Shown here piece after piece: positions 41,043 through 50,197 of a DNA stretch of 64,000 nt. The DNA comes from Planctomycetota bacterium. GTDB taxonomy: Bacteria > Planctomycetota > UBA11346. Below the pieces are notes generated by a model. That model did no database searches. It worked only from the letters and a program-made list of their open reading frames with translations, and was not told where the DNA came from. Position numbers and translations under genes: made by a program. How positions within the stretch are numbered: position 1 is the stretch's first letter; each line of letters opens with the position of its first letter. The stretch is from assembly GCA_038213805.1 (NCBI GenBank), contig JBBQSO010000024.1:1-64000 (forward strand), in the 5' to 3' direction.

Positions 41043-42442
41043 GCGACCTGCGCCAGGATCAGCTGTACGAGAAGTACCTCGGCAACACTCTTGAGTCCGC
41101 GGACATCGTCCAGCTCAAGCAGGTGCTGTCCGGTTCACGCGCCGCGCGCACGCGCTTCGTCGAGGTGCTGCAGGAATGGCAGACCCTCGCCGAGGTCGCG
41201 CGCCAGGTGCACAGCGGCATGCCGTGGCAGGAACGCGGCAGCACCGCCGCCCAGGACCGCGATGCCGCGGGCGAGCTCGACAGCGCGCAGGACCACGGCG
41301 CCGCCGCCCATGACGGCGCGCTCGAAGAGGCCTTCCATCAGGTGCGCCGCAGCAGTGGCCGCCCATCACTGCGCCTGCAGCCGAGCCGCCGCCGCGGCGC
41401 CTTCGGGCGCTTCCTGATCGCCGCCGGGTCCCTCGCCGCCTGCGCCCTGCTCGCGTGGGGCTGGCTGCTGCCGCTCATGCAGGGCGCGCGCAGCGACGGC
41501 ATCGCCACGGTTGCGGTCGCCGACGCCGCGGCGCGCATCCAGCGCGGCGACCAGCGCCTCGACATCGCCAACGGCCAGGCCCTGCAGGGTGGCGACACGG
41601 TCTCGGTGCCACCGGGATCGTGGGCGCGCGTGCGCTACGCCGATGGCACCATGCTCGACATCGCGCCGGCCAGCGAGGTCACCCTCACCCAGCCCGACAA
41701 GCTCGGCAAGCGGGTGCACATCGCCAGCGGCAGTCTGACCGCCGACATCGCCAAGCAGCCCCCCGAGCGGCGCATGGTCTTCACCACGCCCACCGCGGCG
41801 GCCACGGTGCTGGGCACCAAGATCACCCTCGAGGTGACGCCGATGTCGACGCGTCTCGAAGTCGAGCGCGGGCGCGTCGGTCTGACGCGCCGCGACGAGC
41901 CGACCGGCATCGAGGTCGGCGCCGGCGAGTACGCCACCATCCCGTACGGCTCCAAGGGTGAGCTCGTCGCCAAATCGATCGTCAGCGCGCCCTCGGTGCT
42001 GGTCGAGCGCGGTCACGGCCTCAAGGGCGAGTATTTCGGCAACCTCGACCTGACGCCGCCGACGATGTTCACGCGCGTCGACTCCTCGCTCAGCTTCGAT
42101 CTCGGCTTCGATACACCCTGGCAGGACGACATGCGCCCGTCGCGCTTCTCGGTGCGCTGGACAGGCACCATCGAGCCGCGCTTCTCGGAGCGTTACTCGT
42201 TCTACACGCGCAGTGACAGCGGCCTGCGCCTGTTCATCGACGACCACGCTATCATCGACGATTGGGGCCACTGCGCGGTGTGCGAAAAGACCGGTGCCAT
42301 CGCCCTGCAGGCCGGCCACCGCTACGCCCTGCGCCTGGAGTACAACCAGCCGCGCTCGGGCATGCTCCTCAAGCTCAGCTGGACCAGCCCCAGCCAGGAG
42401 TGCGAGGTCATCCCCGCCGCCCGCCTGACCCCGGCGCCGTGA
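41039..42442 (+). CDS. FecR-domain anti-sigma factor with C-terminal PA14 domain
   Basis: TM; TPTAAATVLGT, EVERGRV; GLKGEYF, FSVRWTG, SDSGLRLFID; GTGA overlap. Confidence 0.88.
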   Translation: MSDLRQDQLYEKYLGNTLESADIVQLKQVLSGSRAARTRFVEVLQEWQTLAEVARQVHSGMPWQERGSTAAQDRDAAGELDSAQDHGAAAHDGALEEAFHQVRRSSGRPSLRLQPSRRRGAFGRFLIAAGSLAACALLAWGWLLPLMQGARSDGIATVAVADAAARIQRGDQRLDIANGQALQGGDTVSVPPGSWARVRYADGTMLDIAPASEVTLTQPDKLGKRVHIASGSLTADIAKQPPERRMVFTTPTAAATVLGTKITLEVTPMSTRLEVERGRVGLTRRDEPTGIEVGAGEYATIPYGSKGELVAKSIVSAPSVLVERGHGLKGEYFGNLDLTPPTMFTRVDSSLSFDLGFDTPWQDDMRPSRFSVRWTGTIEPRFSERYSFYTRSDSGLRLFIDDHAIIDDWGHCAVCEKTGAIALQAGHRYALRLEYNQPRSGMLLKLSWTSPSQECEVIPAARLTPAP

Positions 42443-42542
42443 GGCCGGGAGTGCCCCGGTGTGCCACGCGCGGGGCGCGGGCGCCCGGGCGGCTCCGCGG
42501 GTCCTTCTTGAGGTGGGTGCGGTCGGCCCTAGAAACGCGGCC

Positions 42543-43214
42543 ATGACCACCGCCCTGCTGCGCGCATCCACTATCGGGACGATCGTCGCCGGACTGCTCA
42601 TGTCCGCCAGCGTTCCGGCGCTCGCCGCAGAAGACGTCATCGGCGAGTCTGGCGGCCTGACCCTCAACGACGTGCGCCTCGGCTTCGGCCTGCTGCCGAT
42701 CTCGTCCAACACCGAGACCCAGACCAACGGCGTCACCACCTTCCGCAAGCGCGGCCAGTTCGACCTCACCGGGCGCACCTCGGTGCAGTGGATGCTGCCG
42801 CTCAGCGAACTCGACAACGATGGCGGTTGGATCTGGGGCCTCGAACTCTCGCGCAACCGCTACATCCAGGAAGCGTCCGTCAGCCAGCCGACCCTGGACG
42901 TGGTCAGTTACGCGATCACCGCGCACTTCGGCCTCGGCTGGGTGCTGGCGCCGCACTTCCATCTCGAGGTCAACCCGCTGTTCGGCCTGGGCGTGACGCA
43001 GATGAACTCGGGCACCGGCTTGGGCCGCTACAGCGAGTACGGCGGCCGCTTCGGGATCTATTGGACCTCGGAATCGCGCTGGCAGCTGGGCGTCGCCTAC
43101 GCCTACCTGTGGACGCGTGCCGAGCAGTCGCAGACCACCGGCGGCGTCAACCAGGACACCCTGGTGAGGACCGATGGCGCGACGGTGTCCGTGCAGCTGG
43201 GCTACCGCTTCTGA
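42543..43214 (+). CDS. Outer-membrane beta-barrel protein, paralog of 16725-17405
   Basis: Signal peptide; DVRLGFG; ends LGYRF. Confidence 0.78.
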   Translation: MTTALLRASTIGTIVAGLLMSASVPALAAEDVIGESGGLTLNDVRLGFGLLPISSNTETQTNGVTTFRKRGQFDLTGRTSVQWMLPLSELDNDGGWIWGLELSRNRYIQEASVSQPTLDVVSYAITAHFGLGWVLAPHFHLEVNPLFGLGVTQMNSGTGLGRYSEYGGRFGIYWTSESRWQLGVAYAYLWTRAEQSQTTGGVNQDTLVRTDGATVSVQLGYRF

Positions 43215-43403
43215 ACCACCGCTGCGCGAAAGCGGTTGGGCTACGGCAAAGGTGCAGGTCGCGGATGGCGAGCGGCGACATGTGGGCCTCTCGACCCCTC
43301 GGCCGGTGTTTCTGAATTTTGGGCGGCGATGCAGCCGTTGCTGGATGCGCTGCTGACGCAGGCTGGGGCCGAGGCGTGCCGCGCTGGTTGTTCGTAGCCC
43401 GAC

Positions 43404-43450
43404 GGAAAACGAACGGCCCCGGGCGACAGCGTCGTCCGGGGCCGTTTTCC
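43404..43450. terminator. Probable bidirectional terminator between convergent barrel and rho genes
   Basis: AACGGCCCCGG/CCGGGGCCGTT stem flanked by A and T runs. Confidence 0.7.
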
Positions 43451-43466
43451 ACTCACTAGCGGCGGT

Positions 43467-45893
43467 TTACCAGCTCGACAGCCGGTCCGGGTCGACGGTC
43501 AGCAGGAACTCGATGTTGGTCTTCGAGTTCTTGAGCTTCGACTTGAGGAAGTCGATGGCGTCGGCGCCGTTGCGGTCGGCGAGGAACTTGCGCAGCGCCC
43601 ACACGCGGCGCAGCTCGTCGTCGTTCTTGATCAGCAGCTCGTCCTTGCGCGTGCCGGACTGGGCGCAGTCGACCGCGGGGAAGACGCGGCGGTTGGCCAG
43701 GCGGCGGTCCAGGACCAGCTCCATGTTGCCGGTGCCCTTGAACTCCTCGAAGATCACCGTGTCCATCAGCGAGCCGGTGTCGACGATCGCGGTGGCGAGG
43801 ATGGTCAGCGAGCCGCCATTCTCGATCTTGCGCGCCGCGCCGAAGAACTGCTTGGGTTTGATCAGCGCGTTCGAGTCGATGCCGCCCGAGAGGATGCGCC
43901 CGGAGTTGGGCGCCTCGCTGTTGTAGGCGCGCGCCAGGCGGGTGATCGAGTCGAGCAGGATGACCACGTCGCGGCCGCGCTCGACCAGGCGCTTGGCCTT
44001 ATTGATCACCATCTCGGCGCACTGCACGTGGCGCGAGGCGGGCTGGTCGAAGGTCGACGCGACGACCTCGCCACGCACGCTGCGCTGCATGTCGGTGACC
44101 TCCTCCGGGCGCTCGTCGACGAGCAGCACCATCAGCTCGACCTCGGGATTGTTGGTGGTGATCGCCTTTGCGATCTTGGTCATGTACACGGTCTTGCCGC
44201 ACTTGGGCTGGGCGACGATCAGGCCGCGCTGGCCTTTGCCGATCGGCGCCACCAGGTCGATGATGCGCAGCGAATAGTCCGTCGGGTCGTTGGCCAGCTC
44301 CATGAACAGGCGCTCGTGCGCATGCAGCGGCGTGAGGTGCTCGAAGTCCTGCACCGCGGTGCGCTTGTTCTCAGGCTCGCCCATCACGGTGTAGATGTTC
44401 AGCAGCTGCGGGCAGCGCTCGTTGCCGCGCGGCGCGCGCGCCGAGCCGGTGACGTGCATGCCGGCCTTGAGGCCGTAGCGGCGGATCTGCGGGTTGGCGA
44501 TGAAGGTGTCGGTGTTCACCGGCAGGTAGTTGTTGAGCGGCGACCGGATGTAGGCCTGCTCGCCCTTGAGCAGTTCGATGTGTCCCTCGACCAGGATCTC
44601 GTCGGCGCGGCCGGCGGCGACGCGGCGCAGGATCTCGCAGATCAGGTCGTGCTTCTTCAGCCACTTGACGTCGCGGACGTCGTACTTGTCGGCCTCGCCC
44701 TGGAGATCGGGCAGGGTGCGGCGCAGGTAGTCGTCGAGGTCGAGCTTGACCGGCGCGCGGTCGTTCGGGTTGGGCTGGCCACCCTGGCCACCCTGATTGC
44801 CTTGGCCGCCTTGGCCGCCTTGGCCGGGGCGCGGGCCCTGGCCCTGGCCCTGGGCGAAGTTGCCGCGCGGCTCGAAGCCCTGGCGCGGCTGGTCGAAGCC
44901 CTGGCGGCCATCGTTGCGGGGCTCCTGTCGCGGTTCGGGGCGCGCTTCGGCGCGCGGCGGCGCCGGCTCGTCGCCCTGGTCGCCGGCGCCGTCGTCGTCC
45001 GCGGCGTCCTCGACTACCGGCTTGGCCTGGCGGCGCAGCGCGGCGAGATCGACGCCGAGCTGGCGCGCGAGGATGGTCTTGGCGTAGGCGGCGAGCAGTG
45101 CCGGGTCGCCGGAGTTGTCGACCGCGAGCTGGCACGACTTGCGGCGCGCGTCGGCGTTGCCAAGCGCGGTCTCGCGGCGTGCGAGCTCGGCTTCGTCCCA
45201 GCCGCGCTCGGCGAGGCGGACCAGGCGCGCCTCGCGGTTGGCGCGCACGTAGATGGCGGTGGTGCACAGCTCGCCCAGGCCCAGCTCGTGGAGCAGGGCG
45301 GCGTCGATGACCACGAAGTTGCCGAGCTTCTTGACCAGGGCTTTGACCTTGGCGGTGAGCTTGGTGTGGACGATGGCGTTGAGCGCGGCGGTGGCCTCGG
45401 CGCTGGCGAAGGCCTTGGCGGCGAGCTTGCGCCGATCGATGCCGCCGTCCTCGCCGAGGATGTCCTCGCCGAACTCCTTGACGAGCGCCTTCTTGACCAT
45501 CGGGGTCTCGATCAGCTCGTGGCCGACCTCGTCGACCACCACCAGTTGGCCACCGAGTCCGGCGATCTGGCGCGCCAGGGCGCTCTTGCCGGCGCCGGGC
45601 TCGCCGGTGATGCCGATGACCACGGTCTTGCCGGCGGGTACGGTCAGGGTCGGTTCGCCCGCGGGGGCGTCGCCGTTGCCATTGCCATTGCCATTGCCGC
45701 CGGGTGCGGCGCTCTGCGCGTCGTTGCCGTCGGCGGGGGCTTCGCCGCGATCGTAGTCATCGCTGCCCTGCGGACCGTCCGCCGCGTCGCCGTTGCCGGC
45801 GGGAGCCGGGCCGTCGCCGCGGCCGTTGCGCCGGCGGCGATGCCGGTTGTTGCGGCTGAAGGGACGGTTGTCTGAGGGGCGCTGGTCGTTCAT
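43467..45893 (-). CDS. rho: Transcription termination factor Rho with N-terminal dephospho-CoA kinase (CoaE)-like domain
   Basis: Rho: QRGLIVAQPKCGKT, DERPEEV, DSITRLARAYN, FKGTGN. CoaE at about aa 91-277: IGITGEPGAGKS, FGEDIL..IDRRKL, VH, DAALLHE, DNSG. Confidence 0.95.
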   Translation of the reverse strand: MNDQRPSDNRPFSRNNRHRRRRNGRGDGPAPAGNGDAADGPQGSDDYDRGEAPADGNDAQSAAPGGNGNGNGNGDAPAGEPTLTVPAGKTVVIGITGEPGAGKSALARQIAGLGGQLVVVDEVGHELIETPMVKKALVKEFGEDILGEDGGIDRRKLAAKAFASAEATAALNAIVHTKLTAKVKALVKKLGNFVVIDAALLHELGLGELCTTAIYVRANREARLVRLAERGWDEAELARRETALGNADARRKSCQLAVDNSGDPALLAAYAKTILARQLGVDLAALRRQAKPVVEDAADDDGAGDQGDEPAPPRAEARPEPRQEPRNDGRQGFDQPRQGFEPRGNFAQGQGQGPRPGQGGQGGQGNQGGQGGQPNPNDRAPVKLDLDDYLRRTLPDLQGEADKYDVRDVKWLKKHDLICEILRRVAAGRADEILVEGHIELLKGEQAYIRSPLNNYLPVNTDTFIANPQIRRYGLKAGMHVTGSARAPRGNERCPQLLNIYTVMGEPENKRTAVQDFEHLTPLHAHERLFMELANDPTDYSLRIIDLVAPIGKGQRGLIVAQPKCGKTVYMTKIAKAITTNNPEVELMVLLVDERPEEVTDMQRSVRGEVVASTFDQPASRHVQCAEMVINKAKRLVERGRDVVILLDSITRLARAYNSEAPNSGRILSGGIDSNALIKPKQFFGAARKIENGGSLTILATAIVDTGSLMDTVIFEEFKGTGNMELVLDRRLANRRVFPAVDCAQSGTRKDELLIKNDDELRRVWALRKFLADRNGADAIDFLKSKLKNSKTNIEFLLTVDPDRLSSW

Positions 45894-45978
45894 GGGGACT
45901 CGGGAGAGGTGGGGACGGGGCTGGTGGTGATCAGGCGCGGGGCGCGGTCACGGTTTTGGAAAAATTGGAGGCGCGCAT

Positions 45979-46020
45979 CGGAGTGCGGAGTGCGGAGTGC
46001 GAGACATGAGACATGAGACC
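45979..46020. repeat. Heptamer tandem repeats (GGAGTGC)3(GAGACAT)2
   Basis: Read directly between polA and rho. Confidence 0.8.
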
Positions 46021-46070
46021 ACGGATTTCCATCGCGAGGTGTGCACGGCGAGGGCTGCGCTGCACCTGCA

Positions 46071-48719
46071 TCAACTCACCTCCAGCCAGGTCGCGCCGCG
46101 GCGCACCTCGGCGACCAGGGGGACTTTGAGTGTCCAGGCGCCGCTCATCGCGGTCTGGAGGGCCTTGGCGGCCTGGTCGGCGACGCTGACGTGGGCTTCG
46201 ACGAGCAATTCGTCGTGGATCTGCAGCACCAGCTGGGAACCGACCGGCAGGGCCTGCTCGCAGCGCAGCATGGCGCGCTTGATGAGGTCGGCGGCGCTGC
46301 CCTGGATGGTGCTGTTGAGCGCGATGCGCTCGCCCTGCAGGCGCTCGTTGCGGTTGGCGTTGGCGAGTTGCGGGATGTAGCGGCGGCGTCCGGCCATGGT
46401 CTGCGCGTAGCCGCGTTCGGCGGCTTCGGCGATGACCTTGGCGATGTAGGCGCGCACCTCGGCGAAGCGCGCGAAGTAGTTGTCGATGAAGCGCTGCGCG
46501 TCGCCGCGCGGGATGCCGAGCTGCTGCGACAGGCCGAAGGCGGTCTGCCCGTAGATGATGCCGAAGTTGACCGCCTTGGCGGCGTTGCGCTGCGCGGGCG
46601 TGACCGCGGCCTCGTCGACGCCGCCGACCTGGGCGGCGACGAAGCGGTGGATGTCGGCCTGGCCCATGAAGGCCGCGCGCAGGGTGGGGTCGCCGGAGAG
46701 GTGGGCGAGCACGCGCAGCTCGATCTGGCTGTAGTCCGCGGCAAGCAGCACGTGGTCCTGCGGGGCGATGAAGGCGGCGCGGATCTCGCGCCCGGCGTCG
46801 CTCTTCTTGGGGATGTTCTGCAGGTTCGGCGAGTCGCTGCTGATGCGCCCGGTCTCGGTGCCGTTCTGCTTGAGGTTGGTGTGGATGCGACCGGTGCGCG
46901 GGTGGATGTACTCAGGCAGCTTCGTCAGGTAGGTGCCGATCAGCTTGGACAGCGTGCGGTGCTGCAGCAGCAGACCGGGCAGTTCGTGCTGGTGACGCAG
47001 CGCTTCGAGCACGGACGCGTCGGTCGACGGCCCGCTCTTGGTCATGGCGATGACCGGCAGCTTGAGCTTGGTGAAGAGCAGCTCGCCGATCTGCTTCGGG
47101 CTGGCGGGGTTGAACGTCGGCCCGGCCACGGCGCGGATGCTGGCGGTGACCTGCTCGAGGTACTGCTCGAGGTGGCGCTGGGTGGCGGCGAGGGTCGCGC
47201 GGTCGACGCGCAGGCCGGCGTCCTCCATGCGCGCCAGGCAGGCGGCGATCGGCACCTCTTGGGTGCGGTAGACCTCGAGCAGATGGCCCTCGGCGAGCCT
47301 GGCCTCGAGCAGCTGGCCGAGGCGCCAGGTGCACTGCGCGTCCTCGCAGGCGTACTGCGCGACGGTGGCGACCGGCACCTGGTCCATGGTCTGCCCGGCG
47401 GCGAGGTCGATGACCGCGCTGGTCGGAATCTTGTCCTCGCCCAGGAACAGCTTGGTCAGGTGGTCCAGCCCGTGGCTCTCGCGCGAGGGGTCGAGCAGCC
47501 AGCTCGCGAGCAGGGTGTCGCCGTCGATGCCGGCCATGACCAGGCCGTGCGCGGCGAGCACGCGGCGGTCGTACTTGGTGTTCTGCCCGAATTTCGCCAC
47601 GCCGGGATCGGCGAGCAGCGGCGCGAGCGCGGCCTGCGCGTCGGCCCACGGCACCAGCGCGTGGTCGAGACCGCGCAGCGGCAGGTACACCGCGCCGTGC
47701 CCGTCCGCGGCGCCCCAGGCGAAGCTGATGCCGACCAGCTGCGCGCTGAGCGGATCCAGGCCGGTGGTCTCGGTGTCGATCGCGAAGCGCCCGGCCGCGC
47801 GCAGGTCGGCGACCAGTCCGGGCAGGTCGCTCGCGGCAAGGATGCGGTAGGCGCCGCTGGCGCTCGCGGCCTTGGCCGGCACCGGGAAGAACTTGGCCTT
47901 GCTGAAGCCGAAGCCGGAATATACCGCCTCGTCGCAGGTGTAAGCGGGATCCAGGCGCAGCTGCGCGAGCGGCGGCAGGTCCGGCACCTCGGACAGCGTG
48001 ATCAGCCGGCGCGTCAGGTCGGCGACGGATTTGAAGGCTTCGACGTTCTCGCGCTGCTTGCCCTTGAGCTTGTCGCTGTTGGCCAGCACCTGCTCAAGGC
48101 TACCGTACTCGGCGAGCAGCTTGGTCGCGGTCTTGGGGCCGACGCCGGTGATGCCCGGAACGTTGTCCGAACTGTCGCCGATCATGCACAGGTAGTCGAC
48201 GACCTGCGCGGGTGTGATGCCCTTTTCCGCGAGCAGTTCGGCCGGCCCGCGCAGCAGGCCCTTGCCCGGATCCCACGTGCGGATGCGCGCGCTCAGCACC
48301 TGGTCGACGTCCTTGTCCTTGGTCAGCATGCGCACGTCCATGCCGGCCGCCTCGCCCTGCTTGGCGAGCGTGACCAGCACATCGTCGGCCTCGAAGCGTG
48401 CGACGCAGATCAGCGGGATCCCGCTCGCCGTGCAGATGGTCACCAGATCGGCCATCTGCGTGCGCAGGTTATCCGGCATGGGGTCGCGCTGCGCCTTGTA
48501 GTCCGGGAAGATCTCGTGGCGGAAACTGTCCTCGTCGTGGTCGAAGACGCAGGCGAGGTGGGTGATGTCGCCGTTCGCGCGCAGGTCCTTGAAGAGATTG
48601 GCGAACGCGTAGGTCACGCCCGTGGGCCGGCCGCCGGGGCCGGTCAGAGGTGGCATGCCGAAGAAGAATTTATAAGCGTAATAGTGGCCATCGATGATGG
48701 CCAGAGTCTCAGCCGGCAT
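46071..48719 (-). CDS. polA: DNA polymerase I
   Basis: IDGH, YKAQR, EADD, GDSSDNVPG; DTETT 3'-5' exonuclease; TGRISS..PNLQNIP, DYSQIELR, KAVNFGIIYG, QIHDEL. Confidence 0.97.
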   Translation of the reverse strand: MPAETLAIIDGHYYAYKFFFGMPPLTGPGGRPTGVTYAFANLFKDLRANGDITHLACVFDHDEDSFRHEIFPDYKAQRDPMPDNLRTQMADLVTICTASGIPLICVARFEADDVLVTLAKQGEAAGMDVRMLTKDKDVDQVLSARIRTWDPGKGLLRGPAELLAEKGITPAQVVDYLCMIGDSSDNVPGITGVGPKTATKLLAEYGSLEQVLANSDKLKGKQRENVEAFKSVADLTRRLITLSEVPDLPPLAQLRLDPAYTCDEAVYSGFGFSKAKFFPVPAKAASASGAYRILAASDLPGLVADLRAAGRFAIDTETTGLDPLSAQLVGISFAWGAADGHGAVYLPLRGLDHALVPWADAQAALAPLLADPGVAKFGQNTKYDRRVLAAHGLVMAGIDGDTLLASWLLDPSRESHGLDHLTKLFLGEDKIPTSAVIDLAAGQTMDQVPVATVAQYACEDAQCTWRLGQLLEARLAEGHLLEVYRTQEVPIAACLARMEDAGLRVDRATLAATQRHLEQYLEQVTASIRAVAGPTFNPASPKQIGELLFTKLKLPVIAMTKSGPSTDASVLEALRHQHELPGLLLQHRTLSKLIGTYLTKLPEYIHPRTGRIHTNLKQNGTETGRISSDSPNLQNIPKKSDAGREIRAAFIAPQDHVLLAADYSQIELRVLAHLSGDPTLRAAFMGQADIHRFVAAQVGGVDEAAVTPAQRNAAKAVNFGIIYGQTAFGLSQQLGIPRGDAQRFIDNYFARFAEVRAYIAKVIAEAAERGYAQTMAGRRRYIPQLANANRNERLQGERIALNSTIQGSAADLIKRAMLRCEQALPVGSQLVLQIHDELLVEAHVSVADQAAKALQTAMSGAWTLKVPLVAEVRRGATWLEVS

Positions 48720-49133
48720 GCAGCCCCGGGGAGTGGGTGCGGATCCTGCGTTCAGACGCAGGGTGATCGCACTGGAAACAGCGGTTTTTTGGAGGAAACG
48801 TCTCGCGGGGTGCGGGCGACAGCAGGCCGACCCGGACCGGAGAACAGAGCGCACACATACGCGCGCTCTGGCGTGACCATAGGCCGCGCGCGGGAAGCTG
48901 TCAACCTCGAAAGCCCCCGTTCGCCTCCTGGCCGCGTCGAGATTCCCATGCCAAGATGCACTGCCGGCAAGGATTTGCGCGGCTCTATCTGGCACCATCG
49001 CCCTTGCGGAACCTGCGGCGGGCACGCCTGCGGACGTGCCCGCCGCCCTGGCACCTGGCCGCTCGCACCGCGTGGCTCGGCCTCGACACCTCCCACCCTT
49101 GCCGAGCCCACCCCCCGCGCCAGCCTGCCGCCC

Positions 49134-49634
49134 ATGGAACTCCCCCCGTCCGTCCTGGTTGCTGGTCGACCCGTCGCCATCCGCCTGCTGTCCGGTGGCG
49201 AGCTGCTGTGCGGTCGGGTGATGCTCGTCACCGGCGGCTGGCTGCAGCTCTCCGGCAGCGAAGGTCCGCTGCTGGTGCGCCTCGACCAGATCGCCGTGCT
49301 GCACCTCGATGGCGCGGCGCTGGCCGCGGACGAGCCGGTCGATGATCCCGCGGTGCTGTTGAGGCCCCGCTCGGCCGAGCCGCCGCGCAAGGCCGGATCG
49401 AAGGCGCCGGGGCGCGCCTGGCACGAGGAGGACCTGCGCGCCCTCGCCGACGCCTTTCTCGACAACGCTAACGACGCCGAGCTCGCCGAGCGCTTCCACC
49501 GTGCGCGCGGTCAGGTCAAGGAGCTGCGCCAGGGTTTCGAGTGCGCGCGCGGCAATCTCGTCGAGGACCAGATCAGCCCGGTCGCCCAGACCTGGGTGGG
49601 GCGATGGCGGAAGGTGCTGGGCGGGGTGCGGTGA
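49134..49634 (+). CDS. Hypothetical protein (Sm-like N-terminus, helix-turn-helix-like C-terminus)
   Basis: Good codon bias; domain guess from sequence pattern only. Confidence 0.6.
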   Translation: MELPPSVLVAGRPVAIRLLSGGELLCGRVMLVTGGWLQLSGSEGPLLVRLDQIAVLHLDGAALAADEPVDDPAVLLRPRSAEPPRKAGSKAPGRAWHEEDLRALADAFLDNANDAELAERFHRARGQVKELRQGFECARGNLVEDQISPVAQTWVGRWRKVLGGVR

Positions 49635-49666
49635 TCCGGATCCTTCCCGTCGAGAGGGAGACCGTC

Positions 49667-49978
49667 ATGAGGGTGTGCATCTGGGTGGTCGCCAGTGCCG
49701 TGGTCCTGGCGCTCGCGGTGCTGGCACTCATCCACCATGGCAGGAGCGCGGTCCTCGCGTTCGACGGGCCAGGTCGTGGTCCGCAGCAGGAGGACAGGAC
49801 GTGCCGATGCGACGGCTTCGCCTGGAGGCGCGCGGATCTCCAGGAGACGTCCTACTGCGTGTTCTTCTTCACCGTCGCAGCGAGCCGTGGTCACGGGTCT
49901 TTTGCGAGCAGGACGTCCTACGCGTGGTCACCGTTCTCCGGGACCGTCTGGATCGCATCCAGCATGTCCGCCCATTGA
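49667..49978 (+). CDS. Hypothetical exported/membrane protein
   Basis: RBS GGGAG; N-terminal hydrophobic segment. Confidence 0.4.
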   Translation: MRVCIWVVASAVVLALAVLALIHHGRSAVLAFDGPGRGPQQEDRTCRCDGFAWRRADLQETSYCVFFFTVAASRGHGSFASRTSYAWSPFSGTVWIASSMSAH

Positions 49979-50197
49979 CGTCGGCTCCCGGCTTGGCGAT
50001 TTCGTGCGAACGGTGACCATCGGCGGCACGGGGACCAGGCCAAGCGCCTCCCAGGCGGCCTGTCTTCCGTTCTGCCCCATTGCGGTGGGGCGGCTCGCCG
50101 CCCACCTCGGGCCGACCAGGCGGCGGGGGGCACTCAGCGGTACGTGGTTGGTCCATGAACCGGTTGCCGCTCCGCCCCCCGCGCCGAACATGACGGC

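Noticed and set aside
46041..49133. 1197-aa plus-strand ORF and other long antisense ORFs (236-1654, 2657-4630, 44028-45875, 29962-31470 etc.)
   Set aside because: Shadow frames of real genes caused by high-GC codon bias; no recognisable motifs. Only the 49134-49634 tail of the 1197-aa ORF is kept.
48720..49499. 259-aa N-terminal extension of PolA in the ORF track
   Set aside because: PolA homology starts at MPAETLAIIDG; the extension overlaps the divergent gene and its promoter region
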